A stretch of 64,000 nt of DNA from a virus, in IMG/VR virus record IMGVR_UViG_3300025162_000024, positions 1 through 64,000 of that record. One strand, written 5' to 3'. Both the position numbers and the translations under genes were made by a program. Shown in pieces: positions 29,301 to 37,293 of this stretch (positions are counted from its first letter, which is position 1; each line of letters begins with the position of its first letter). Under the pieces are notes generated by a model. That model did not search any database, was not told where the DNA came from, and saw only the letters and a program-made list of their open reading frames with translations.

Positions 29301-30686
29301 GGCCCGGACCAGCTTAGCCTTAGGGTCGTCCAGTTCTCCGGGGAACGCCACAACCTTACCCCATACGTCCTCGGCTGCGATCGGCGCAATCTTTCCGGTG
29401 CGTGCATCTCGCATCTGAGAGTACAGTCGCCCGTCAGATCCTTTGAGTGTTCCGGTAGCGGCCCGGACATCGACACCCACGGAGCTCGACTCAACAGTGA
29501 AGATAGGGTCTATGAACCCGAGCTGTGATGGATGCTGGTTACGACTCTCCATTGGGATTGACCCTTTGGAGGTAATCCCACCCTCACCCAACCGAGTAAT
29601 CCGCAAATGCTGGTCAAGGATTTCCACAGGGTTGGTTTCTGTCCCGTGCGTGCCCAGCCCGCTGTACAATATCGCTGAGTGTAATTGAGGAGTCAGCGCG
29701 GAGGCGGGCATCGCCTTCAGCGATCCGTGCCTCGTCGCCTTCCACAGCAGATTGCGGACCAATCCCCCGGCATCCTTAGTGATCCTTTCGGCCAGCAGGT
29801 CCTCAGGGCCCATGATCTGCTGGTTAGCCTGGTCATCACGATCGTCGAAGTCTACTTCTCCCCGGTTCAGCTGCAGGAGCTTCTTGGCCGCTCCGAGCAT
29901 CGCCCCAGGAGTTACCCGATCTGTGTCCAACCCGAGATTCCTCTGCATAACCCGACGATCGATCCGGGTAGCGTCCAACGCCTGCCTGAGAGTCTCCTGT
30001 GGCGTAAGCTTCAGGGCCTGGAGCTTCTCGCTCCCCATCCGGAGAGCTGCTCGGATCACAGCATCCCCCTCAGCCCGGATCCCCGTGTTCTTCGCCAGCA
30101 GCTCTTTGCCCAATGCGTCTTCCAGCTGCTTGTCGTCCACTCCAAGGGCACGTAGCACTGGCAGGAGAGGGATGTTCCCCTGATCCAGGCTCATTTTGAA
30201 CACACCGGTCTCTGGCTCCATCGAGATCCGGAACGACTTACCCCGCTGTACGTTGAATACGCTCTCGAGCTCCCCGTTCTCCTTCTGGCGGCTGTAGACC
30301 CCGGGCTTCACCCGGCTCTGGTTGGCCAGCGTGTACTGGCCCCCGTTGTGGATGAACACCCCATCCTGGGTCATGTAGGGGACCGAAGCGACCATCTTGG
30401 TCTGCTTGTCTACACTCTGCCCAGTAGCCTTATCAATCAGGTTCCAGGTGCCTTTGAGCTTCCGGCCGAGAGTTCTCCTCTTCAAGATCGCTTCCTTCTG
30501 CTCGGCGATCGAGAAGTCTTTGGGCCCTGACCATCCGAGGTCCGAGAGCTCTAACCGGTACTTCTGGTTCTCGACAGGGAACTTGCTCTGAATTGACGAA
30601 AAGACCTTGTCATCGACCGCCTTGCGGAGGGCAGGGATATCGTCAAGGGCGCGGAGGGCCACGGGATCTTCAAGCTCTTCGGGCAT
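26340..30686 (-). CDS. rpoB: Phage DNA-directed RNA polymerase: beta subunit fused to N-terminal half of beta'
   Basis: beta motifs PYMTQDGVFIHNG, RLGEGGI, GSRMIKQALPL, NHEDAIIISE, GDKLAGTFGDKG, NPLGITSRVN; beta' motifs VPVVPPMFRP, RAPVWHR, catalytic GADADGD, PRQEYLIGLYLAT. Confidence 0.95.
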   Translation of the reverse strand: MPEELEDPVALRALDDIPALRKAVDDKVFSSIQSKFPVENQKYRLELSDLGWSGPKDFSIAEQKEAILKRRTLGRKLKGTWNLIDKATGQSVDKQTKMVASVPYMTQDGVFIHNGGQYTLANQSRVKPGVYSRQKENGELESVFNVQRGKSFRISMEPETGVFKMSLDQGNIPLLPVLRALGVDDKQLEDALGKELLAKNTGIRAEGDAVIRAALRMGSEKLQALKLTPQETLRQALDATRIDRRVMQRNLGLDTDRVTPGAMLGAAKKLLQLNRGEVDFDDRDDQANQQIMGPEDLLAERITKDAGGLVRNLLWKATRHGSLKAMPASALTPQLHSAILYSGLGTHGTETNPVEILDQHLRITRLGEGGITSKGSIPMESRNQHPSQLGFIDPIFTVESSSVGVDVRAATGTLKGSDGRLYSQMRDARTGKIAPIAAEDVWGKVVAFPGELDDPKAKLVRASVKGKLTVVPRDQVDYVPPAPERMFSTMSNLVPGFSGEKGGRHIMGSRMIKQALPLEHGEAPHVQSSDDDGVSFESKVGNRSVVRAKSDGRVLEVTPDAITVSYGGDGKDVHQLYNNFPYNYATFIHHTPAVKAGDTVKSGQMLAHANFTDKDGTLALGKNLKVAYLPFSYKGAPNHEDAIIISETAAKKLAAERMHQVSYEPGEGKEVDRGKFLGMYPSKYTRDQLSMVGDDGVVKQGTVVNEGDPLILAVGQRKTLRSQAVHATRHSAWADDSVTWDKSYPGTVTDTYRDDDGQVKVIVKGVEPMHVGDKLAGTFGDKGIVSAVVPDTSMPHDQGGEPTEIVVNPLGITSRVNHIQVVAAALGKIAAKTGKPYLVRPFQGDWANFAKTELAKNGMKLEEDVHDPETGRTLKDVAVGNRFYYRLMHSAEGKEGARDEVGGYTAEDLPSKGEEGNSKRLGLLDTNALLSMGATNVLKDAKLVRGQRNDDFWDAFRRGLPTPPLHRPMVYDKFLAYLKGAGVNVQEKDGDLNFGAMTDSDIKQLAPYSLTSGDAVDRKTGEAVPGGLFDTGMTGGHHGQRWSSLPLQEKMPSPIMEDPLRRLLGLTVKEYREQLAKDPAELEQKVGGIDVGKEWDRLKQQIPGLKGQKRDDAIRKLGYLDGLKKTGVDPKSLFWSAVPVVPPMFRPVSIIDGMQLTSDANLMYKELFSLNDNLKDAKEKGMPLGEHRLAVYDAIRAAVGRDNSVNPELENKNVGGLLAHVFGKDTNKTGLLQRRMVGSSMVGSGKAVFSPDDSLDVDDAGIPENTAWQVYKPFILRRLSQQYNAGASRVPVLELAKWVENRDPRARQAMDKEMEERPILMTRAPVWHRYGYMAFNPKIRQSSTIALHPFVLPGFGADADGDVLSYSVPVTAEAVKDAREKMMPSRNLLAVNTFKPHMGPRQEYLIGLYLATQAAKKAQPRSFLDRESAVDAYHRGELGLNDPVQFKA

Positions 30687-30692
30687 ATCCCT

Positions 30693-30701
30693 AGTTTATC
30701 A
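30693..30701 (-). promoter_or_regulatory. Extended -10 box TGATAAACT, 6 nt before the RNAP ATG
   Basis: TGnTAnnnT; member of recurring motif set. Confidence 0.55.
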
Positions 30702-30709
30702 GACTAGGC

Positions 30710-33454
30710 TTAGACGAGGCCGCGGACAGGGCCGGAACCTGGGACGATCGGATGTTTGACAGGGAGCTGAGCGTGTTGCTCTGGGGCCGCCGGGAGCTGT
30801 ACCGGTGGCTGTGTCGGTGCCGGTGTGAACATCTTCGATGCCTGACTGCCAATCCAATCAAACATCCCGGAATTTGGCCCAGTCTGCGGAGATGCCGGTG
30901 GCGGCTGCACAGGCTGACCTGTAGTCTGCTTAGCCTCAGGAGGGGCAACCTCCGGCTTGGGCTGTTCCCAGGTTTTATGCCCGACATTGTCTCCCCTCGG
31001 CGGTTCTCCAGGCTTGTACTTTAGTCTATCCTCATCTGTAACTCCACGGAACATTTGCGGGTACTTCTCAGACAATCGGGTCTGAACGGCGTATAGACCT
31101 TGTCCGGATATGCCAGGGGTAGATTCATCTCCATTTTCATCTCCTACCACGGCACGCCCGGCAGTCGGCTGCTGCCCTGTAGACCGATTAAGCGTGAGCT
31201 GGGCCAGATTAGATTCGCTCTTCGGATCGAGAGCTTTCGGTACCGAAGTCTCATTTGGACCCCTAAACGGATCGGTCACCGGCAGATCAGGATTGGTCAC
31301 TGCTGGTGCCTGCGGGGCAGGGGCTGGTGCGGGGGCCGCGGGTGCCGTGGCGGCCGCCGGAGCACCAGTAGCAGCAGCAGCCGCTGGCGTAGTCTGGGGA
31401 GCCGCTGGTGCCTGTTGCTGATCGTTGAACGGCTTACCCTGCATCAGATTCTGTACGCCCTTCCACGTCTCGCCGAGCGACGTATCCCACCCCATCTTCT
31501 GAGCGAGCATCCCACCGAACAGAGTGGCTAACACCCCGACCATCCCGATCAACGGGTGGTCCGTGGCAAACCCACCGATCGCAGCCAAGAGACCCATCAA
31601 CTGTGCTGGGTGCATGTTACCGAGCATGGCCATGATCTGACCACCGGTCCCTTTGGCACCCGCAACGTTCATCGCTCGTTGATCGTAATTCTTGCCCAAG
31701 GCTTTGAACTGCTCTTCCTGGGCCGGGCTGGCCTTGCCCGTGTCGTGCAGCTCCTTGAGAGCATTAAACTTCGCCATGTTCGTAGTGTCCTGGACCTTGG
31801 CAATATTCACCTGCAGCTTCCGGATCTGAGCCTGCTTGTCCGCCTCCTGCAGATTGGGATTGGCCTGGATCGTCTGGATCTCTGCCTGCTTCCCCTCGAT
31901 GAACTGATCAATCTGACCCTGGTTGGCACCGGTCAGCAACGGGATCGGTCCATAGATCTGGGAGGCCGGTCCCCCGCCGGTCGTTGCATCCATAACACTC
32001 TTGAACGTACCTTCGAGTCCCCCCTTGCCGCTCACGGCAGCCTGGGCGGCCGGGCTCTTCCCAAACTCGGTGAGTGCCTCAGGGGTGAACTTGTAGTTGT
32101 TGGTAGCCGGGTCATACCGCAGATTACGAGCCGTGCGGTCGAGATACCCGTGGTATGCCACATGCTGGGGATTGGTCTGGGCGAAGTTCTGCATGGCAAA
32201 TGGGAGCATCCCCCTACCCTGGTATAGCTCCTGAGCCCTTTGGGCCTCTGCTAACTGTGCAGGGTTCAAGAGCTTGGAGTCGATCGCATTCTGGATGACC
32301 TCGCCACCGTACCCGTAACCAGGCGTGTACTCGCCAGCCGCCTGCTTCTCGAAACGGATATCTGAGACCCACCCCAACTCGACCGCTCGCTTCCGCATGG
32401 GTCCATCGAGCAGCCCGTGGACGTCCGCACCCTTGATGAACGCTCGGGCCAGGTCCAGGGAACTCATGTGGGCAATGTACTTACCCAGCTCTTCCGAGGC
32501 CTGCTTGGCCCCTATCGGCACCACAAGAGCCCGATCGGAGCTCAGCCCTCTGGAGAGCTTGTCAGGGTTCTCCCCCGGATCCACAGAAGTCAGATAGATC
32601 GGAGGAGGGCTGAGCTTCTTGGACCTGCGTTGAGCTTCCTTCTCGGCCTCGCCCTTGATCACCTCGGGGTTCAGCCTCTGGTCCAAGCGGTACCCACCGT
32701 ACGCACCGGCCAACGCCGACAGGATCATATAGGGGTAGAGCATGGCCTCGGGGAACGAAGCTCGCTTCTCCCCATCGTCCAGCACCCTCTCCAGGCGGTC
32801 GACAAACTCATAGAGGTCGAAACCTGAGGATGCCTTCTTATGCGACTGCCGTTCCCGATCCAAGAGCTTCGAGTACTCTGCTTGGGCCCGGCGGACACGG
32901 GCATCGATCGAGGTGTCAGCCTCATCATCGGCATACTCGGCGTCCATCTTCTTCTTGGCCATAAGCCCACCTGCCACGAGGGCCGCAGCCCCCAACGAGA
33001 GGGGAACGGTCACCCCAGGGTTCTGGTACCAGGAGCCCCGGCCAGTAGCGGCCCCGGCCGCGGACGATGCATAATCCAATCCCTTAGATGCGGCGGTCCC
33101 CACCCCACTCGCAATATCCCCAGCCCGGTCCCCGGCAGCCACTATCAGCTGGGGGAGGGTCATGGCCAACTTCGGCTCTGTCTTCTTCTGCTGTTCTTGG
33201 TTAAGCCTATACAGGTGGTATGCCAGAAGGCCTAGACCCCCGGCCCCGATAGCCCCCATCCCGAACGTGGCCATCGTGGATCCCTGCTGGGGGCCCCCGG
33301 ACAAGTACTTCATCAGCCGGTTGGAATCATAGGGGTGGTTCCTGGACCAAACACCAAGATCCTGGGTCAATGCAGAATCGAGCAGCTGCTTACCCTCTAC
33401 CTCGGGCACCTCGTCAGCAGACTTCGTGAGGAAACTTGTGCGTTCGGTGGCCAT
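30710..33454 (-). CDS. Large modular virion cargo/ejection-like protein
   Basis: 914 aa; Gly-rich TM segments separated by KSA, KLA, KKA, KRA, KQA, KGA, KQA motifs; Pro/Ala tail. Confidence 0.75.
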   Translation of the reverse strand: MATERTSFLTKSADEVPEVEGKQLLDSALTQDLGVWSRNHPYDSNRLMKYLSGGPQQGSTMATFGMGAIGAGGLGLLAYHLYRLNQEQQKKTEPKLAMTLPQLIVAAGDRAGDIASGVGTAASKGLDYASSAAGAATGRGSWYQNPGVTVPLSLGAAALVAGGLMAKKKMDAEYADDEADTSIDARVRRAQAEYSKLLDRERQSHKKASSGFDLYEFVDRLERVLDDGEKRASFPEAMLYPYMILSALAGAYGGYRLDQRLNPEVIKGEAEKEAQRRSKKLSPPPIYLTSVDPGENPDKLSRGLSSDRALVVPIGAKQASEELGKYIAHMSSLDLARAFIKGADVHGLLDGPMRKRAVELGWVSDIRFEKQAAGEYTPGYGYGGEVIQNAIDSKLLNPAQLAEAQRAQELYQGRGMLPFAMQNFAQTNPQHVAYHGYLDRTARNLRYDPATNNYKFTPEALTEFGKSPAAQAAVSGKGGLEGTFKSVMDATTGGGPASQIYGPIPLLTGANQGQIDQFIEGKQAEIQTIQANPNLQEADKQAQIRKLQVNIAKVQDTTNMAKFNALKELHDTGKASPAQEEQFKALGKNYDQRAMNVAGAKGTGGQIMAMLGNMHPAQLMGLLAAIGGFATDHPLIGMVGVLATLFGGMLAQKMGWDTSLGETWKGVQNLMQGKPFNDQQQAPAAPQTTPAAAAATGAPAAATAPAAPAPAPAPQAPAVTNPDLPVTDPFRGPNETSVPKALDPKSESNLAQLTLNRSTGQQPTAGRAVVGDENGDESTPGISGQGLYAVQTRLSEKYPQMFRGVTDEDRLKYKPGEPPRGDNVGHKTWEQPKPEVAPPEAKQTTGQPVQPPPASPQTGPNSGMFDWIGSQASKMFTPAPTQPPVQLPAAPEQHAQLPVKHPIVPGSGPVRGLV

Positions 33455-33460
33455 ACTTGG

Positions 33461-33469
33461 ATTTTACCC
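33461..33469 (-). promoter_or_regulatory. -10 box GGGTAAAAT, 6 nt before ATG 33454
   Basis: No SD; recurring motif. Confidence 0.55.
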
Positions 33470-33799
33470 GGATTGGAACGAGAACTGGCCGTTATTGCTC
33501 CTGAGACCGCGATTGGCGTGTTCAGGATACTGGAGTGCAAACTGGGTCCACCGGACAAGGACAATGAACTTACCGTCCACAAACTGACGGTCCTCTACGT
33601 GGATCTGGGCATAGCCCTTGGCCGCCAGGTTAGTGATCTGCCTATATTTCTCCAGATGCTTCTCGTCACTCAGATTCAGGAGATCGACGAACCCCTCAGG
33701 GTTCACGACCAGCCCTTCATCCCCCCGCTCAACTAGCGACGATTGCTCTTCCAGGATCGGAAGATTCTGCTCCCTGTGCACTGGTACTCGCGTCTGCAT
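33464..33799 (-). CDS. Hypothetical protein
   Basis: 111 aa, AGGAG SD. Confidence 0.65.
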   Translation of the reverse strand: MQTRVPVHREQNLPILEEQSSLVERGDEGLVVNPEGFVDLLNLSDEKHLEKYRQITNLAAKGYAQIHVEDRQFVDGKFIVLVRWTQFALQYPEHANRGLRSNNGQFSFQSG

Positions 33800-34106
33800 C
33801 TGTCTCCTTGATGTTCAATTTCCGTCGAAGTTCCCGACTGTTCCGCTCCAGGTCGGCCAACACCTGAGCCTTACGCATCTCGTCCAACTTGCTCGAAGCG
33901 TCCGGGGTCAGCATCCGGCTCGCTCCGTAGCCCACGGCGGCCCCGGCCAAGGGCGGAACGGCCAACGTCAAATAGGCTACGGCATCCGCCAGGTTGGCGA
34001 GCATCGAGGTCTCACCCTGCTTGTTCAGCTGGGCCTCTAGCTCACCGGGTGTGACACCCGCATGGGCCAAGGCCGAGGCAATCCCATATCGGAAATACTG
34101 TCCCAT
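33729..34106 (-). CDS. Small glycine-zipper virion protein
   Basis: AGGAGG SD; FRYGIASAL...NKQG leader then LAGAAVGYG segment. Confidence 0.7.
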   Translation of the reverse strand: MGQYFRYGIASALAHAGVTPGELEAQLNKQGETSMLANLADAVAYLTLAVPPLAGAAVGYGASRMLTPDASSKLDEMRKAQVLADLERNSRELRRKLNIKETDADASTSAQGAESSDPGRAIVAS

Positions 34107-34115
34107 GTTAGCCTC

Positions 34116-34562
34116 CTAGCCGAAAAAGTGGTGTAACTGGTGATCGCCGACCAGGCCCAGGTTGATCCCAAACGAGAGAATCTCCAACCTTTGGGCTGCC
34201 CGGAGCAACGCACAAGCATGGGGCTGACAATGGTCAGGCCGTAGTCGATTGGGTATGACGAGCATGGACAATGCCAGTATGGTCAGCGCGAGTACGACGA
34301 TCATGTCCTGCCTGGTATACCCCCCAAGCAGGAGTAGGGCGAGGACCCCCGCATTGGCCCCAAACCCGGCTATCCGCCACCTGCGTTCCCTATTCGCCTT
34401 CCACAGCTCGAGCAGGCAAGCACAAGGGCAACTGGTGGCCAACGGTGAATCACAGGTCAGGGTGAGCCGGCTGTCTACAGCCTTGAGCTGAACTTGACAG
34501 CCTGGGACGAGCACCCGGAGCAACGTGAGTTTCAGTCTTGGGATTAGATTCAGCAGACGCAT
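34116..34562 (-). CDS. Predicted membrane protein
   Basis: Two to three hydrophobic segments; start reassigned to ATG 34562. Confidence 0.5.
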   Translation of the reverse strand: MRLLNLIPRLKLTLLRVLVPGCQVQLKAVDSRLTLTCDSPLATSCPCACLLELWKANRERRWRIAGFGANAGVLALLLLGGYTRQDMIVVLALTILALSMLVIPNRLRPDHCQPHACALLRAAQRLEILSFGINLGLVGDHQLHHFFG

Positions 34563-34566
34563 AGGG

Positions 34567-35448
34567 TCATCCTCGCCAGATTCCACTTGCACGTAACAGC
34601 CCACCTACTAATCCTATCCGGCCCAATGTTTGCTGGAGTTCGGGGGGAGCCCCGAACACAGCGCCCATCGTCCTCCCGACCAGGGAGCCCGCGGCATACC
34701 CCAAGCCCGCTCCCATCGCTCCCCGGACCAAGTCTCCCGTGGTGATCAGCCCCTGGTCGTTCCGGGACTGCATGGCCCCCGCCAACGTCCGGAAGGCAGT
34801 TGCTTTCTCCGCCGGGTTCAATATAGGATCTGTGATCAGCGTGCCTGCGGCTACCCCCGGATCGATCCGAGCCCCCCAGACCATGGCCGCAGGGAGCAAT
34901 GACTGTTGCCCGAGGAACTCTGAGCTCTGCTTCTCTCCATCCAGCTTGGGCGGTAGCTTCATCCAATTCTGGAGGTCATCGTAGCTATGACCCCCGGTCT
35001 CCTCCAGATGCTTCTGGAGCTGCATAGAGTTCGGATACGTCTGGTTCAGCTGCTCTTGGGTCATCGGCTGACCGGTAGGCGGGTGCAGCGTGTTCTCGGT
35101 CTGGGCCCCTATGTACATCTTGTGCAGTGCCCCGGGATCCGCCCTGTACTTGTCTGCGAAAGCCTGTCTCGCGTTGCCCAGGTTAGTAGCGTGAATATCC
35201 AACGCTCCCCAGCCGGCACCGGCCCCAGCCCCTAAAAGGGCACTGACCAGGCCAAGACGGCTCTCATCAAACTGGGGGAAGAAGTGGGCCAATGGTTTGG
35301 ACAGAAGGTAACCGGTCCCGGCCCCCACCAGCGTCTTCATCCCCGCACTCAGCCAGGGACCGGCGATCCCCTGGGGGAATGGCCCGGGGTATCTCCCGGT
35401 CATGTGCTCTGCGATCCCCACAGGATTTTTGTACCACTCGTTGGCCAT
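34567..35448 (-). CDS. Glycine-zipper virion protein
   Basis: LVGAGTGYL...LLGAGAGAGWG hairpin, KQSS, C-terminal GAMGAGLGYAAG zipper. Confidence 0.75.
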   Translation of the reverse strand: MANEWYKNPVGIAEHMTGRYPGPFPQGIAGPWLSAGMKTLVGAGTGYLLSKPLAHFFPQFDESRLGLVSALLGAGAGAGWGALDIHATNLGNARQAFADKYRADPGALHKMYIGAQTENTLHPPTGQPMTQEQLNQTYPNSMQLQKHLEETGGHSYDDLQNWMKLPPKLDGEKQSSEFLGQQSLLPAAMVWGARIDPGVAAGTLITDPILNPAEKATAFRTLAGAMQSRNDQGLITTGDLVRGAMGAGLGYAAGSLVGRTMGAVFGAPPELQQTLGRIGLVGGLLRASGIWRG

Positions 35449-35452
35449 CGGT

Positions 35453-37279
35453 CTACTTCTCCGAGGACGAGGTCTGGCTGGCTGTACCGACGGTGGCCGC
35501 TGTCTGCTTGGAGGGTCCGCCCGAGGAGGTTGGTGTTTGGCTCGCCATGGGTTTGACCGCCGGTGCCTGGGGAGAGGCGGGTGCCTGCTGAACCTTTGGG
35601 ATGCCCTGTGTCAATCCTGCCTCGGGAAGTTTAGAGGCCAGAGAGGCGAAGACCTGCTCAGCACTCCACTTAGAGTGAGGGGTCATCCCACGGATCAGAG
35701 CCTTTGCCACTTGGACCGCCGCACTCTTGGTCGACGATTGCTTGGAACCGCCGGGGACCGCCGACAGACTCTTGACCGCCGGGCTCGGGGCAGAGGGCAT
35801 AGCAGTAGGCTTAGGAGTTGGTGCAGCCGCCGGCATGCTCGCCGTATCCCTTCTCCCGAAGTTAATCCCACCCGGCTGAGAGTCAGGCTTAACTATCGAG
35901 TTAGGATTGTCCCTCATGGGCATCGCTGGAGCTGTCGGCTTCGGGGCTGCAGAAGGCATACTCGCAGGCTGAGTAGGCCTAGTCTGTTGCTTGGCCATGT
36001 ATGCGCCTGCCGCGGCCACCCTGCCCTTCTGCGCATCGTACGCTGCACTCTCGTTTGCAGTCCAATTTGACGGACCAGGTGTCTGGCCCGGTCCGAACTT
36101 AATTGGAGGGAGTGCCCCGAAGCTGTTACCATTACTCTGAAAGGCGGAGACATTACTAGATACGCCGTCAGCTGCCATTTTCGGACCGGCCGGTGCCTGA
36201 GGTACCTGTGGAACTTGCGGGACTTGGGGCATGCCGGCGACCGAAGCATGTGACGCAGCTTCCTGATGTAACTTGTTGCCCTGGCTCTTCTTAGACTGTG
36301 AAGCCAGCCGGAGTGACTCTTTCATCCTCCGGTACGACGGGAGGTTCTGAATATCGTAGCGGTTCACAGGGGGCAATGCCCCAGGCTGCCCCGGTGTCTG
36401 AGGTTGACCTGGTGCCGGGGGCTGCTGCATATCAGCTGACTTCTTGGGAATTGGCATGCCCATTGAAGATCCGCCCAGCATGCTCTTGCCGGCTTCTAAA
36501 GCATGGCCTGCTGCCCCCGTAACCTGCGATGCACTTGGAAGCATTTTCACCTGGTTTGCTCTTCCCAAGTAATCTCGAAGACCCCCAAGGAATCCTAGCT
36601 TATTGCCGTTCTGATCTTCCCCAAGCGGCCGGAAGGCTCCAAGCTCCTTCTGATACTGCCGATCGCCGGGCGGTGTGGCGTGAGAGAACATACTGCCGAC
36701 AAAGTCACGAATACCGCCGGTTTCAATCGGCTTATGCGGAGCACTAGCGGAGACTGCTCCCGCCACTCCAGAGAATGGTGAGAACGCTGGCTTGCCCGAA
36801 GGTGCAAAAGCAGCTGAAGCCGCCCCAGCCACTCCAGAGAATGGTGAGACCGCTGGCTTAGCCGCAACTGGAGCAGCGTGGGTGTTGCCAAGGTACGGTG
36901 ACTGCAGGGGCATCTGTCCGGCCTTGCCGCCTTCTGGTGTGCCGTATACCGGCATATCGCCCGCCTCTTTGACCAAGCGGGTCATCGCCTCGCCATACAG
37001 GGTCTCGACCAGGGCCGCTGCCTTCTCCATCGACCCGGTCCGCCGGTACAGGTCGAGGACCAAGAATCCAAGCTCCTGGGCCCGGTCCATGACCTCTACC
37101 TGCTTAGCGGCCTTCTCCGGGAGATCCTTGCGGGGGGTCGCAGCGAAGTCATGAGCGTCCTGGGCCGACATGGACCTGGCCGCCTCTCGGATCTCGGGGC
37201 CAGCCTTTTTCAGCTTGCCCTTCTTGTACTGCTCGACCATGGCCATGAATCTCTGCTGCTTTTGACTGGTTGCTGGCAT
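35453..37279 (-). CDS. DUF3008-like N-terminal domain fused to low-complexity K-x-A-punctuated modules
   Basis: MPATSQKQQRFM...SMSAQDAHDFAATPRKDLPEK matches the DUF3008 pattern; KAA, KEA, KSA, KMA motifs; 66-bp-period DNA repeat at 36762-36859. Confidence 0.7.
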   Translation of the reverse strand: MPATSQKQQRFMAMVEQYKKGKLKKAGPEIREAARSMSAQDAHDFAATPRKDLPEKAAKQVEVMDRAQELGFLVLDLYRRTGSMEKAAALVETLYGEAMTRLVKEAGDMPVYGTPEGGKAGQMPLQSPYLGNTHAAPVAAKPAVSPFSGVAGAASAAFAPSGKPAFSPFSGVAGAVSASAPHKPIETGGIRDFVGSMFSHATPPGDRQYQKELGAFRPLGEDQNGNKLGFLGGLRDYLGRANQVKMLPSASQVTGAAGHALEAGKSMLGGSSMGMPIPKKSADMQQPPAPGQPQTPGQPGALPPVNRYDIQNLPSYRRMKESLRLASQSKKSQGNKLHQEAASHASVAGMPQVPQVPQVPQAPAGPKMAADGVSSNVSAFQSNGNSFGALPPIKFGPGQTPGPSNWTANESAAYDAQKGRVAAAGAYMAKQQTRPTQPASMPSAAPKPTAPAMPMRDNPNSIVKPDSQPGGINFGRRDTASMPAAAPTPKPTAMPSAPSPAVKSLSAVPGGSKQSSTKSAAVQVAKALIRGMTPHSKWSAEQVFASLASKLPEAGLTQGIPKVQQAPASPQAPAVKPMASQTPTSSGGPSKQTAATVGTASQTSSSEK

Positions 37280-37293
37280 AGTTCCTCGTTCCC

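Noticed and set aside
17125-30686. Host chromosomal rpoB-rpoC operon
   Set aside because: No ribosomal-protein or nusG neighbours, universal motifs are degenerate, beta' is split and the genes are surrounded by phage structural genes
36762-36859. 31/32-bp direct repeat at 66-bp period
   Set aside because: In-frame intragenic duplication encoding SPFSGVAGA twice; no sign of an array or att site
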